Shown: positions 10,634-20,835 of the stretch, piece after piece
Layout of the letters: each line of letters starts with the position of its first letter
Numbering within the stretch: position 1 is the stretch's first letter
Made by a program: the position numbers and the translations under genes
The notes under the pieces: generated by a model
The model's database searches: none
What the model was told of the DNA's origin: nothing
The model's input: only the letters and a program-made list of their open reading frames with translations
NCBI GenBank assembly: GCA_963736855.1
Contig: CAVTQK010000009.1
Span: 288,001-352,000 of the forward strand
Direction of reading: 5' to 3'
Source: an uncultured delta proteobacterium
Lineage (GTDB): Bacteria > Desulfobacterota > Desulfobacteria > Desulfobacterales > UBA2156
DNA length: 64,000 nt

Positions 10634-11621
10634 ATGGCATTACAGCCGATCCCCGTCGATATACAGCAACACCTCTTTGCCCAAATGGTCTTGATCCGTC
10701 GGTTTGAAGAAAAGATCATCGACCTCTGTCAGAAGGAAGGCTGCCTGTCTGGTATGCAGATTCTTGCCGTGGGACAGGAAGCCGTTGCCGCGGGAATCGT
10801 TGCCGCGCTCGATCCGGACGATGTCATCGTGAGCAACCACCGCAGCCATGGTCATCTGCTGGCCCGTGGGGCGGATCCTAGTGCGTTAATGGCTGAAATC
10901 ATGGGCAAGGCCGACGGCGTCGGCGCGCGGCAAGGCCGGCACCCTGCATCTGTCCGTACCCGAAGTCAATGCCCTGATGACCTCCACGGTGGTGGGGGCG
11001 GGCCCGCCCATGGCGGCAGGAGCGGCCTTTGCCCAGCAGTACCGTGCCACGGGCGGTGTGACCGTGGTTTTTTTCGGCGACGGGGCCGCGGCCGAGGGGA
11101 GCGTTCATGAAGCCATGAACCTGGCGGGTCTTTGGAAACTGCCGCTGCTGTTCGTCTGTGAGAACAACTGCTGGGCCGGGGCCCAGAAGCCATCCGAGCA
11201 CTGTTCCACCCAGGATATTTCCAAGAGGGGCAATGCTTATGATATGCCGGGAGTCAAAGTCGACGGCAACGATATCGAACAGGTCTATGACTTGGCCAAG
11301 AAAATGGTTGCGCACTGCCGCAGCGGCCGGGGGCCTGCGTTGATCGAAGCCAAAACCTACCGAATGCGCGGCCATGGCGAAAAAGACCGGCAGCATTACG
11401 TGGATCGAAGTGAAATCGAGTACTGGGCAAAACTCTGTCCGGTGGCCAGGTATCGTCAAAAGCTGCTTGACGGAGGCGCCATCAGTGAGGCAAAGCTTTC
11501 GGAAATAGAACGGCAGGCTGTCGAGAGAGTCGAAGCTGCTGTGGCTTTTGCCGAAAAAAGCCCTTACCCCGAACCCGAATCCGCCCTTTCCGATGTCTGG
11601 ACGGCGCCTGAAACCACCTGA
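10634..11621 (+). pseudogene. TPP-dependent 2-oxoacid/acetoin dehydrogenase E1 alpha subunit, interrupted by +1 frameshift near 10922
   Basis: GQEAVA, SNHRSHGH in first frame; RGKAGTLH, GDGA..EG..ENN and TYRMRGH in second; span 988 nt = 3n+1. Confidence 0.85.
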
Positions 11622-11634
11622 AAGGAAACCGAAA

Positions 11635-12618
11635 ATGCCTGAGATGTCCATGGGACAAGCAATAAATGCCGCTTTAACCCTTGCCATGCAGGGGGATGAT
11701 CGGGTTTTTCTGGCCGGAGAGGGGGTGGGAGTTTCCATCCACCAGGATCCCAACATGCCCACCCATGGTCTTCTGGAAAAGTTCGGCCCCCGGCGGGTCA
11801 AGGATACGCCCGTCAGCGAAGCGGCCATTGCCGGACTGGCCGTAGGGGCTTCAGTCATGGGGCTGCACCCGGTGGTTGAAATCATGTTTTTCCCCTTCAT
11901 CACCCTGGCCAGCGATATGCTGGTCAATCATGCCGGAAAGCTGCGCTATATGAGCGGCGGCAAATCCAGCTTTCCCCTGACGGTGCGTGTCAAAGCCGGG
12001 GTCGGCTTCGGCGCCGGCAGTCAGCATTCCCACAACCTGGAGGCCTGGATCGCCCACAGCCCGGGACTGAAGCTGGTCTGGCCGGCAACACCCCACGATG
12101 CCAAGGGGCTCCTGCTCAGCGCCATTTTCGACCCTGACCCGGTGATCCTGGTTGAAGATATGATGTTGTACTGGATAAGAGGCGATGTTCCGGAAGGGGA
12201 TTACCGTATCCCGATCGGTCAAGCCCGGCAGGTAGCCGAGGGAACCGACTGCACCGTGGTCGCTTACGGTGCCGCCCTGTATACGGCATTAAAAGGCGTC
12301 CAGGCTTTGGCCGTCGAGGGCATAACTTGTGACATCATCGATCTGCGCAGCCTAGTGCCCCTGGACAAGGCCTGTCTGTTGCGTTCGGTGCGCAAGACCG
12401 GTCGTCTGGTAGTGGTGCATGAAGCCAATCGGTTCTGTGGCTACGGCGCCGAGCTGTCTGCCATAGCCGCCGAAGAAGCATTCAGGGACCTCAAGGGTCC
12501 CATCCAGCGGGTGGCCGCACCCCAGATCCCGGTACCGTGTTCTCCGCCTCAGGAGCAATTTTACAAGCCGAGCGCCGAGAGTGTGGCGGAAGCGATCCGT
12601 GCTGCCATCCGGGGATGA
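11635..12618 (+). CDS. 2-oxoacid/acetoin dehydrogenase E1 beta subunit
   Basis: FGPRRVKDTPVSE, HPVVEIMF, SQHS, IDLRSLVPLD, KTGRLVVVHE. Confidence 0.93.
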   Translation: MPEMSMGQAINAALTLAMQGDDRVFLAGEGVGVSIHQDPNMPTHGLLEKFGPRRVKDTPVSEAAIAGLAVGASVMGLHPVVEIMFFPFITLASDMLVNHAGKLRYMSGGKSSFPLTVRVKAGVGFGAGSQHSHNLEAWIAHSPGLKLVWPATPHDAKGLLLSAIFDPDPVILVEDMMLYWIRGDVPEGDYRIPIGQARQVAEGTDCTVVAYGAALYTALKGVQALAVEGITCDIIDLRSLVPLDKACLLRSVRKTGRLVVVHEANRFCGYGAELSAIAAEEAFRDLKGPIQRVAAPQIPVPCSPPQEQFYKPSAESVAEAIRAAIRG

Positions 12619-12744
12619 TGCCGGATAGACTCGCTGGATCAGACGCGACCCATTTTTCCGGCGCCGTCACCCGCCTTGCGATGAAGTTCTGCCGGATCGC
12701 TCATTCCTTTTTAATCGACCATGTTATATGCTTCAGTATCAAAG

Positions 12745-12938
12745 TTGAGGTCTTCGTAAAAAGCTTTTGCAAGCGAGATTTGAGCATTTTCGGAAAAAGA
12801 AATGCGAACGGCTGAGCGTTAATAATTTCAAGCTGTTTGAGGCGCTTGCGTCGAGTTCTTGAAGTTTAGAGAAGCCGTGAGCATCTCCCGAAAATGGTCA
12901 CGAAGCGCGCAAAAATAGCTTTTTTACGATTTCGTCAA
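12745..12938. repeat. MITE-like intergenic element with imperfect terminal inverted repeats
   Basis: Left ttgaggtcttcgtaaaaagct, right agcttttttacgatttcgtcaa; ends resemble those of the element at 30740-30865. Confidence 0.6.
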
Positions 12939-12998
12939 AGTTAAAAAACGCTTCGGTGCTGTCAGCATAAGAGCGGTGCCCAAAGCAGCCCTTAACCT

Positions 12999-13226
12999 TT
13001 ACTTCTTGACCAGTTCCACCCGCCGATTTTTAGCGCGGCCCTCTTCGGTCTTGTTGTCGGCGATGGGTCTTTTTTCTCCAAAGCCTGCGGCTGACAATCT
13101 TTGCTGGGCGATGCCCTGGGCTACGATGACCTGCACCACCGCTTCTGCCCTTTGCTTGGAGAGCTTCGGGTTGGCATCGTCGGCGCCCACATCGTCGGTG
13201 TGGCCCTCCCACCAGGATATTCAGAA
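12999..13226 (-). pseudogene. OmpA-like C-terminal peptidoglycan-binding domain remnant
   Basis: (EG)HTDDVG..N.KLS..RA..V..GFGEKRP..N....GRAKNRRVE; no N-terminal part or start; extra G near 13208-13210. Confidence 0.8.
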
Positions 13227-13348
13227 AAAACCCGAATCGGGCGATTCTGCAGCTTTCTTTATAATAATAAAAAACGACGATACGGCCGAAGTGGATCGTA
13301 TCACAGGAATTGCAGAAAAAAAGATGGCTTGATTTGAGGGGGGTCAAA

Positions 13349-13702
13349 CTACTCCCCGGTCAGGCCGTCGACATCGTGACCGGCCTTCCGATAATCCTCG
13401 ATGGCCCGGGCTTTCAATCCGGCATCTTTTGTTTTTTCGGCACAGGTGTCCGCCATTTCGGCCGCATGGCTCCACATGCCGGCTTGTTCATAGTCCCGAA
13501 TTTTTCTTTCGTTTTGTTTAATCGCTTCCGAGGTCTCCATGACAACACCCAGGCATCGAGAAATGAGTTTTTTAACTTCGGTTCCGCATGCCGGACATCG
13601 ACCCAGCGGGCGTTCCTCTATGCCTTGGATGATCTCAAACGCCTTACGGCAATGGGAACAGCCCTTGTCGGGATTAATGGCCTGGTATTCGTAGATCGGC
13701 AC
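13349..13702 (-). CDS. FmdB-family zinc-ribbon protein with C-terminal extension
   Basis: (M)PIYEY..CSHC..FE....CPACG..KKLIS; GTG start after GAGGA. Confidence 0.8.
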   Translation of the reverse strand: MPIYEYQAINPDKGCSHCRKAFEIIQGIEERPLGRCPACGTEVKKLISRCLGVVMETSEAIKQNERKIRDYEQAGMWSHAAEMADTCAEKTKDAGLKARAIEDYRKAGHDVDGLTGE

Positions 13703-13828
13703 AATCGTCTTCCTCGGCATCGTCATTCAAAAAATCGACTCGGCAATGAGACCGGTGATCCGGCAATCCCCAAAAAAATATAGTCCATGAAAATCACGGG
13801 ATCAAGGATCTTTCTACAATCAACATGC

Positions 13829-13857
13829 TTGAAATATCAGACCGCTGTTGCTATGAT
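13829..13857 (+). promoter_or_regulatory. Putative sigma70 promoter for the PPDK-like/GAPDH-like genes
   Basis: TTGAAA-17 nt-TATGAT with extended -10 TG. Confidence 0.5.
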
Positions 13858-13911
13858 TTCGGTCATTGGTGACCTTTAATCGCCTCATTTTTTCCCGATC
13901 CGGAGTTTATT

Positions 13912-16900
13912 ATGGTCCATTCCAAAGCCCTGGAAATCAACCTGGCCGACTATCACGTCGATGTGAAGATGGATCCAAAGTATCAGGTCGTTCAAGAGAT
14001 CATGGAACGATACTATGGGTTGGCTGAAGGACTTAACACTTTTCTCAAAGAAATCTCCCATCCTTACCGAAACTGGCAATTCATCGTCACAGAGGCCAGA
14101 ACATATGCCCTCGACTATTTCCACATCTTCAAAAGCCATCCGAAAGGTGCTGAGGGTGCACACCTTTTCATCGAAATCTTCTTGAATGCCATAACGCAGT
14201 CCAATAATCCCGAAGTTCATCTGGATGCCACGGACAACCTCTTATTATATTTACAAAAGATCATCAAAGATGCCGGACCGGAAATTCCCCGATTTCTTCC
14301 GGTGGTTCAATCGGCCTTCAAAAAAATCAGGGAGCTTGACGACAAGACTTTTTTCCTGTTCGTGAAGAGCTATTACCCTTTAAAAAAACATGGGGAATTT
14401 TTACTTAAATATCCGGAAGAAACGATCGGCGACCCCAGAGAAACCTGCCTACTGTTGCATCGATATTTCGAACAGACCTATGCCTACTGGTTGAGCGAAC
14501 CGGACCCGGAAGCGCTATTTGAAAAAGAACTCCAGGAGGATCAACCCCCGAAAGACTTATCGCATCTTTTTAATGAAGTATCTCATGCCCGCCTCCGGGA
14601 GCTTGCAGACCGGTCGAATACTCTATGTGATCCGAATTCAATAAACTTCAGGGATCAGATAGGTCAACACCTCACCCTTCCGGGATTCAACCAGATCGCC
14701 GAAGCTTACCGCAACATCCCAAGACGCCTCCAGGAGGCCGGTGCTTCCAAGGGATGGGGAAACAGATGGAAATTGATCTTTTTATTCCAGATCATGAACA
14801 TTCCAGGGCTTTCCAACGCCCATGAAGAAACTTTACGGGAAATCAACCAGACTGTCGGGCACCTCATCCAACACGAGAAGGGATGGAATCTCGAAAAGCT
14901 CATCCGTCAGACATTTGCCCTCCTGAAGGACAGCATCGAAAAGTATCCATCGGCCGCCCTTAACGGCATTTTGAACATGGGAAAAGGGGTTTATCAAACC
15001 GACGATCCGGGACTCATCCGATACTTTATCGATTCCGTCATCGACCTTGAATTCCAAACCCCCGGCATTTCAGGGGTTGGAAACGACTGGCAGATTCAAT
15101 CCAACAGCGCTCACCTTCTCAATATCCGAACTTGGCTGGAGCTTATCGAACTCAATCCGAAACGATCGGTCCGGCTCCTTTCCAGCCTGGCGAGCTACCT
15201 GGCCCTTTGCGGAGTCTTCATCAAGGATACGGATCTTTTTTCCCGGGACATTACCCGGCTTTTAAATTCGGACATCCGGCCGGTGTATAATCTGGTTAAA
15301 CAAACAACCCGCCTGATGCCGGTCTTCTTCAATGATATCGGTGCGGAAGGAATCCTCCGCGACATCTCCACGGAGATCGACGAACTGTCCCATAGAAAAG
15401 ACATACTGATTCATTTCTTGAGAAAACAAAGCCATGTGGAAAGCAGCAACCAGGTCATCGAATTCATCAAAGCGGTTTTCCAATTTTGGGCAACCCGGGA
15501 CAAGGAATGCCTGAAGCCGTTTCTCCCGCCCAGCATCTACGAACAGGTCGAAGAAAAAGGGATCTATGTCGATGGATTCCATCGCATCATGACCACCCTT
15601 GAAAAGGAAAAGAATGCTTCTGCTGAAAATCTCCTCTTACTTGAAGATGCGCGGCTGGAAGATGTCCTGAGGCAGGTTCCGCAGGTATCGGATATGGACC
15701 GACGACGATTCCGCCTGGCCATCGATTTTTATCGCCTGCTGATTCAGAAATACAGCTTCAATTTCATCGAATTCGATCGATATTTATCCCGTCTCAATGA
15801 TGAATCGCTTCCGGATATCAACCGGCTTAAAAATGCCCTGACCGAAACCAGTTTGAAGAAAAAGCTTTTTGGACTTTTAGAATACCTCGAATTACTCAAA
15901 GGCGTTATTTTGTCCGGAAAAACTTATGATGCCAAAGAGGACATTTATAAGAAACGCCATTTTACCGTGGACATCCCTTCCACTTACGGCAGCTACAGGG
16001 AACCGAAATTCGATGCTCTAGGCCTTTCTTTCAGGCTGGAAAGCCTGGTGAACACGCTTTTTGAAGAGATTATCCATCAATTCGACTTCAGCCTTATCAC
16101 CAAGGCTACTTTTTACCAGATCTTCGATGTATTGCTCCTTTTAGAAAAAGCCTTGAAACTGGATGGCATCTCTTCCCTGGAAATGGAACGCCATCTGGAC
16201 CTCATTTATCATTCTCTAGAAGTGAAAGGATTCACCTTCACCCAGTACATGGATATCTTTAAAGGCCTTTCCCAGACGGTCTCCAACGTGATTCACGATT
16301 ATTTCAACACGGTTTATGAGCAAAGCCTGAATCGTGTTTTAGCGCGGCTGCCGATGGATCAGATCCTTTCAAAATACCTGGCTGCAGACAAGGATCCAAA
16401 TTTCGAAAATACCAAACACCGGGTTTTTGAAATCTTTTTCCGGGATCGAATCGCGCTCTCTCCGGGTCTCCAGCAACTGGATCTTTTCATCAGCCGCATC
16501 TTGAGCACTCTCTTCCATCAGGCCAATCAGTTGCCTAAAGAAAAATTGCATCAGCTGCTTCTTTATGATCCCGAACGGGCCATGATGTCCATTAATAAGG
16601 CCAAGAGCCGCGTTTTAGGAGTCATATACCTGGGAAATAAAGGCTTCAATCTGGTCAAACTCCATAATCTCGGGTTCCCGGTCCCTCCCGGATTCATCGT
16701 CACCACAGAAGCGTTTCGTTTCAGGGAAGTTGTCAGCGGATTTCCCCCGGCAGCCAAGAATCTGAAAGAACAACTCCGCCTGCACCTGAGGTATTTGCAA
16801 CGACTTGCCGGAAAAACGTTTGGGGACCCCAAAAATCCTCTTCTCCTTTCCGTGAGAAGCGGGTCATCCATTTCCCAGCCCGGGATGATGGACACCTTCC

Positions 16901-18090
16901 TGAATGTGGGAATGAATGAAGAGATCGCCGTAGGAGTCGCGGCAAAAACCGAAAATCCATGGTTTGCCTGGGACAATTATAGACGCTTCCTGCAGTGTTA
17001 CGGCATGTCTTTCGGAATGGACCGGGACGATTTCGATGCCATCATCAACAGCTTCAAGCAATATCTGGGAATCCCTTTTAAACGCAACTTCAGCGGGGAT
17101 CAGATGCGCCTGGTGGCCCTGGCCTATAAAAAAACGATTCTGGATATCGGGATCAAAATTGCCGAAGACCCCTTCGAACAATTACTGGTCACCATCCAGC
17201 GGGTGTTCGATTCGTGGGATTCCCATAAAGCCAAAGCCTATCGCAGGATATTGGGGATTTCGGACGACTGGGGGACCGCCGTCACGATCCAGGCTATGGT
17301 CTTCGGCAACCTGTCCGGCAATTCCGGAACCGGCGTCCTGTTCACTCACAATCCCCGATGGTCCGGGGAAACCCTCGGACTCTGGGGAGACTTCACGACC
17401 CAGAACCAGGGCGAAGATGTGGCCCTGGGATTGGTGAGGACCCTTCCCATATCCATCCGCCAGCAGGATACGGAGCTGCGAGATACCGATATCACCCTGG
17501 AAACCCATTTCCCGAAAATCTATCAAACCCTGGAACACAGCGCCAACGATTTGATCGACAAAAAAGGCTGGGGACCGCAAGAAATCGAATTCACCTTTGA
17601 ATCCCCATCTCCAAAGGATCTGTATCTTCTGCAGGCCAGGGAAATGTTTGTCCGTGAACGGACCGAAGCCTTTTCTTTTAACTTTTCCCAAATTTCAGAA
17701 GATCGATACCTGGGACATGGCCTTGGCGCCGGGGGCGGCGCCATGACCGGCAGAGCGGTGTTCAGCCTGGAAGATATCGATTCCTGGAGACGATCGGAAC
17801 CGGACACCCATCTGATTTTAATCCGATCCGACACGGTTCCCGATGATATCCGCGAAATTCACGCCGCCGACGGTCTGTTGACGGGACGGGGCGGGGTGAG
17901 TTCCCATGCTGCCGTCGTGGCCTATCGTCTCGGAAAGACCTGCGTGGTGGGATGCGACGCCTTGACCTGTTATGAAAAGGAAAAGGAGTGCCGCCTGAAC
18001 CAGAACCTCATCCGGTCCGGAGACTTTATCAGCATCGACGGCCGGGAAGGTTCGGTATATAAAGGGCTGATCCCCGTGATGAAGAATTAG
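13912..18090 (+). CDS. Pyruvate phosphate dikinase-like protein: about 890-aa N-terminal extension, ATP-grasp domain and His-phosphocarrier domain, no C-terminal PEP/pyruvate TIM barrel
   Basis: LGNKG, PVPPGFIVTTE, PLLLSVRSG...PGMMDT, GTAVTIQAMVFGN, QGEDV, LLQAR, RGGVSSHAAVVA; ends shortly after ISIDG. Confidence 0.85.
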   Translation: MVHSKALEINLADYHVDVKMDPKYQVVQEIMERYYGLAEGLNTFLKEISHPYRNWQFIVTEARTYALDYFHIFKSHPKGAEGAHLFIEIFLNAITQSNNPEVHLDATDNLLLYLQKIIKDAGPEIPRFLPVVQSAFKKIRELDDKTFFLFVKSYYPLKKHGEFLLKYPEETIGDPRETCLLLHRYFEQTYAYWLSEPDPEALFEKELQEDQPPKDLSHLFNEVSHARLRELADRSNTLCDPNSINFRDQIGQHLTLPGFNQIAEAYRNIPRRLQEAGASKGWGNRWKLIFLFQIMNIPGLSNAHEETLREINQTVGHLIQHEKGWNLEKLIRQTFALLKDSIEKYPSAALNGILNMGKGVYQTDDPGLIRYFIDSVIDLEFQTPGISGVGNDWQIQSNSAHLLNIRTWLELIELNPKRSVRLLSSLASYLALCGVFIKDTDLFSRDITRLLNSDIRPVYNLVKQTTRLMPVFFNDIGAEGILRDISTEIDELSHRKDILIHFLRKQSHVESSNQVIEFIKAVFQFWATRDKECLKPFLPPSIYEQVEEKGIYVDGFHRIMTTLEKEKNASAENLLLLEDARLEDVLRQVPQVSDMDRRRFRLAIDFYRLLIQKYSFNFIEFDRYLSRLNDESLPDINRLKNALTETSLKKKLFGLLEYLELLKGVILSGKTYDAKEDIYKKRHFTVDIPSTYGSYREPKFDALGLSFRLESLVNTLFEEIIHQFDFSLITKATFYQIFDVLLLLEKALKLDGISSLEMERHLDLIYHSLEVKGFTFTQYMDIFKGLSQTVSNVIHDYFNTVYEQSLNRVLARLPMDQILSKYLAADKDPNFENTKHRVFEIFFRDRIALSPGLQQLDLFISRILSTLFHQANQLPKEKLHQLLLYDPERAMMSINKAKSRVLGVIYLGNKGFNLVKLHNLGFPVPPGFIVTTEAFRFREVVSGFPPAAKNLKEQLRLHLRYLQRLAGKTFGDPKNPLLLSVRSGSSISQPGMMDTFLNVGMNEEIAVGVAAKTENPWFAWDNYRRFLQCYGMSFGMDRDDFDAIINSFKQYLGIPFKRNFSGDQMRLVALAYKKTILDIGIKIAEDPFEQLLVTIQRVFDSWDSHKAKAYRRILGISDDWGTAVTIQAMVFGNLSGNSGTGVLFTHNPRWSGETLGLWGDFTTQNQGEDVALGLVRTLPISIRQQDTELRDTDITLETHFPKIYQTLEHSANDLIDKKGWGPQEIEFTFESPSPKDLYLLQAREMFVRERTEAFSFNFSQISEDRYLGHGLGAGGGAMTGRAVFSLEDIDSWRRSEPDTHLILIRSDTVPDDIREIHAADGLLTGRGGVSSHAAVVAYRLGKTCVVGCDALTCYEKEKECRLNQNLIRSGDFISIDGREGSVYKGLIPVMKN

Positions 18091-18160
18091 CCTTCTTTAA
18101 AAGGACTGGTTTTTTTCATCGGTACTGGGTTTGAAAAACAGAGCAGGAGGAATGACGACA

Positions 18161-19411
18161 ATGCAGGATTCTCAAGTTCTGAAACTCGGCATCAACGGCC
18201 TTGGGAGAATCGGAAAGCTGACCTTGTGGGATCAAATCGGCCGCAAGCACTTTAAAGAGCTGGTCATCAACATCGGGAGGCCGGCTGGTACATCCTTGCA
18301 GGATATCGCCCATTACGTGGAACGGGACTCCACTTACGGTATGTTACACACCCGGCTTTACGGCCGCAACGCCAAATCGCTCATCACACACATCGACGAC
18401 ACTTCGGGGACTTTGCGTATCGATGGCATCCGGATCACTTTCCTTCGAACCCACCGAAATCCGGCCGATATCGATTGGCAAAAGCATGGAGTCCGATTGG
18501 TGGTGGACACCACCGGACAATTCTTGGACCCGTCCCTTACCGACGATCATTCCAAGGGGTCCGTACGCGGGCACCTCCAGGCAGGTGCAGAGAAAGTGAT
18601 CGTTTCCGCTCCTTTCAAGATCAAGGACAAAGGAAAAGGGATGCCGGAAGACAGCGTGACTACGGTCATGGGAATCAACCATCATGCCTATGATCCGAGG
18701 CACCACCGAATCATCTCAAACGCTTCCTGCACTACCACATGCCTGGCCCACATGATCAAACCGATCCTGGATCATTTCGGGCCCAGGAAGCTCTTGTCCG
18801 CCTCAATGGCCACGGTTCATGCAGCCACAGGTTCCCAGGAGGTTCTCGATCGTCTTCCCAAGGCCGAAAAGACGGATCTGCGTAAAAACCGCAGCATTAT
18901 GAACAACATCATCTTAACCACCACCGGGGCCGCCAAGACACTGGGCCTGGTGATTCCGGAGATGCAACGCATCGGCATCATCGCCGAATCGGTGCGCATT
19001 CCCACATCCGCGGGATCTCTGATCATCCTGGTCATGAATCTGCAGGAAGACATCTCCGGAAACGCCATCCGCAAAGAGCGGATCAACAATATCTATCGAC
19101 AGGCCTCAGAATCCGATCCGAAGGGGTATCTTCATTATACGGAAGACCAAAACGTATCCTGCGACATCATCGGCTACCCGACTGCTGCTGCCATCATCGA
19201 GGGACATGAAACTCATACACGAACCGCCGAAGTTGCCATTGATTTAGAGACGGTCCCTGGGCTTGATGCAAAGATCTTCTCCTCCCTCCCGGACCATCAG
19301 ATCCGGATTCCCGTGACCCAGGTCGTGGCGTACGGCTGGTACGATAACGAAATGGGAAGTTACGTCCACATGCTGGGCGACCGGATTATTTCCATAGCAG
19401 AGGATCTATAA
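18161..19411 (+). CDS. Divergent type I glyceraldehyde-3-phosphate dehydrogenase-family protein
   Basis: GINGLGRIG, DSTYG, SNASCTTTCLA catalytic Cys, TVHA, TTGAAK, WYDNE. Confidence 0.9.
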   Translation: MQDSQVLKLGINGLGRIGKLTLWDQIGRKHFKELVINIGRPAGTSLQDIAHYVERDSTYGMLHTRLYGRNAKSLITHIDDTSGTLRIDGIRITFLRTHRNPADIDWQKHGVRLVVDTTGQFLDPSLTDDHSKGSVRGHLQAGAEKVIVSAPFKIKDKGKGMPEDSVTTVMGINHHAYDPRHHRIISNASCTTTCLAHMIKPILDHFGPRKLLSASMATVHAATGSQEVLDRLPKAEKTDLRKNRSIMNNIILTTTGAAKTLGLVIPEMQRIGIIAESVRIPTSAGSLIILVMNLQEDISGNAIRKERINNIYRQASESDPKGYLHYTEDQNVSCDIIGYPTAAAIIEGHETHTRTAEVAIDLETVPGLDAKIFSSLPDHQIRIPVTQVVAYGWYDNEMGSYVHMLGDRIISIAEDL

Positions 19412-19588
19412 TCGAACGTTTTGATTTGTCGAAACATCTTTAAATCCTCAAACCCGGCCAAAAGATAACATCCGGGCCAACGCTCAATTTCACAGGATCG
19501 TGGCAGGGAATCTGCTCTCTCGATTGATGCGATATCCGGGGCAATACATAACTTTAGGAAGCGGAAGCTTTCTTCCCGGAGCACATCC

Positions 19589-20827
19589 ATGACCACCGAA
19601 CCCCATAAAGGAGAAGCCGGTTCCGATACCCTCCGTAAAAATGGAGAAAAGGACTCGACGCTGTCGAGTTCCGTATGGAACCGGGAAATCGTCTTGCTTT
19701 TTGCCGTTGTTTTCCTTGCCTATGCAAATATCTCTGTCTTCTTCAGCTTCTATGAATACCTCCGGACCCTGCCCATCGACCCCAAATGGTTCGGCCTCCT
19801 CATCGGTGCGTACTCGGCCATATCGCTCGTGGTGCGGCCCGTGGTAAGCCCTTTTTTCCATTCCGGCAACGCTCGGCGCTTCCTGTATGCAGGAACGGTC
19901 ATGGCCATGGCCGCTTTGTCTTTCTACAGCCTGACTTCCGGCTTTATCAGCATGCTCCTTGCGAGATGCTTCCATGGAATTGCTTTCGTCGTCATGGGTG
20001 CCGCCCTAACGGCCTTGATGATCGACCATATCCCAAAGGGCAGAAGCGCCCAGGTGTTCGGACTCATGGGCATCGTCACGCTCCTTCCTAATACCGTGGT
20101 CCCTCCCATGCTTCCCTTCCTGGAAAGTCTCCTGGGCGGGTTTCCCCGAGTCCTCCTCTTTTTTGCCGGAGTCACCCTCTTGGTATTCCCTTTCATCCAC
20201 GGGATGTCTCCCTCTTTGCCGAGTAAGGGGACATCTTCTGTTCGAAGTTCCCTGAAAGCAAGAGACATCCGCGAGGACCTTGGCAACCCCGCCGTTTTGC
20301 TCCTTCTTGGGGCCATGCTATTTTTCTATTGCAGTCAGGCCCTGATCTTCTTCTTCCTCGATCCCTTTGGTAGCAGTGTGGGGATAAGAAGCACGGGCCT
20401 CTTTCTGACCCTTGCTACAGCGGGTGAGATCGGGATTCGGATTGCGGCGGGAAATCTCTTTGATCGAGCGGACAAGGTGCGTCTGGTGGCATGGACCACG
20501 GCAGGGCTTGCCGCAGCCTGTGTCCTTCTGGGTCATGCGCGAAACGAGGTGGGCTTCTTTGCCCTGGGTGTGGCCTTCGGCCTGGGATGGGGGATCGCCA
20601 TGCCGGTCTTCGGCAGCCTCATGTTCGACCTGTCCCCGGCCCGGTTCCGAGCTTTCAACACAAACCTGGGGATGCAGATGTTCCAGGCCGGATATTTCCT
20701 GGGGCCATTCATGGGTGCTTCGGTGATTGCCCGTTGGGGCTTTGTCGCCTTGTTCTACTTCTGCGCGGTGTTCAGTTTAGCATCCTCCTGTTTGGCCTTC
20801 CTTTTGGAATGGAGGATGCGCAGATGA
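19589..20827 (+). CDS. MFS transporter
   Basis: About 12 hydrophobic segments, ARCFHG, GNLFDRADK motif-A-like, FLGPFMG. Confidence 0.85.
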   Translation: MTTEPHKGEAGSDTLRKNGEKDSTLSSSVWNREIVLLFAVVFLAYANISVFFSFYEYLRTLPIDPKWFGLLIGAYSAISLVVRPVVSPFFHSGNARRFLYAGTVMAMAALSFYSLTSGFISMLLARCFHGIAFVVMGAALTALMIDHIPKGRSAQVFGLMGIVTLLPNTVVPPMLPFLESLLGGFPRVLLFFAGVTLLVFPFIHGMSPSLPSKGTSSVRSSLKARDIREDLGNPAVLLLLGAMLFFYCSQALIFFFLDPFGSSVGIRSTGLFLTLATAGEIGIRIAAGNLFDRADKVRLVAWTTAGLAAACVLLGHARNEVGFFALGVAFGLGWGIAMPVFGSLMFDLSPARFRAFNTNLGMQMFQAGYFLGPFMGASVIARWGFVALFYFCAVFSLASSCLAFLLEWRMRR

Positions 20828-20835
20828 ATCACCCG

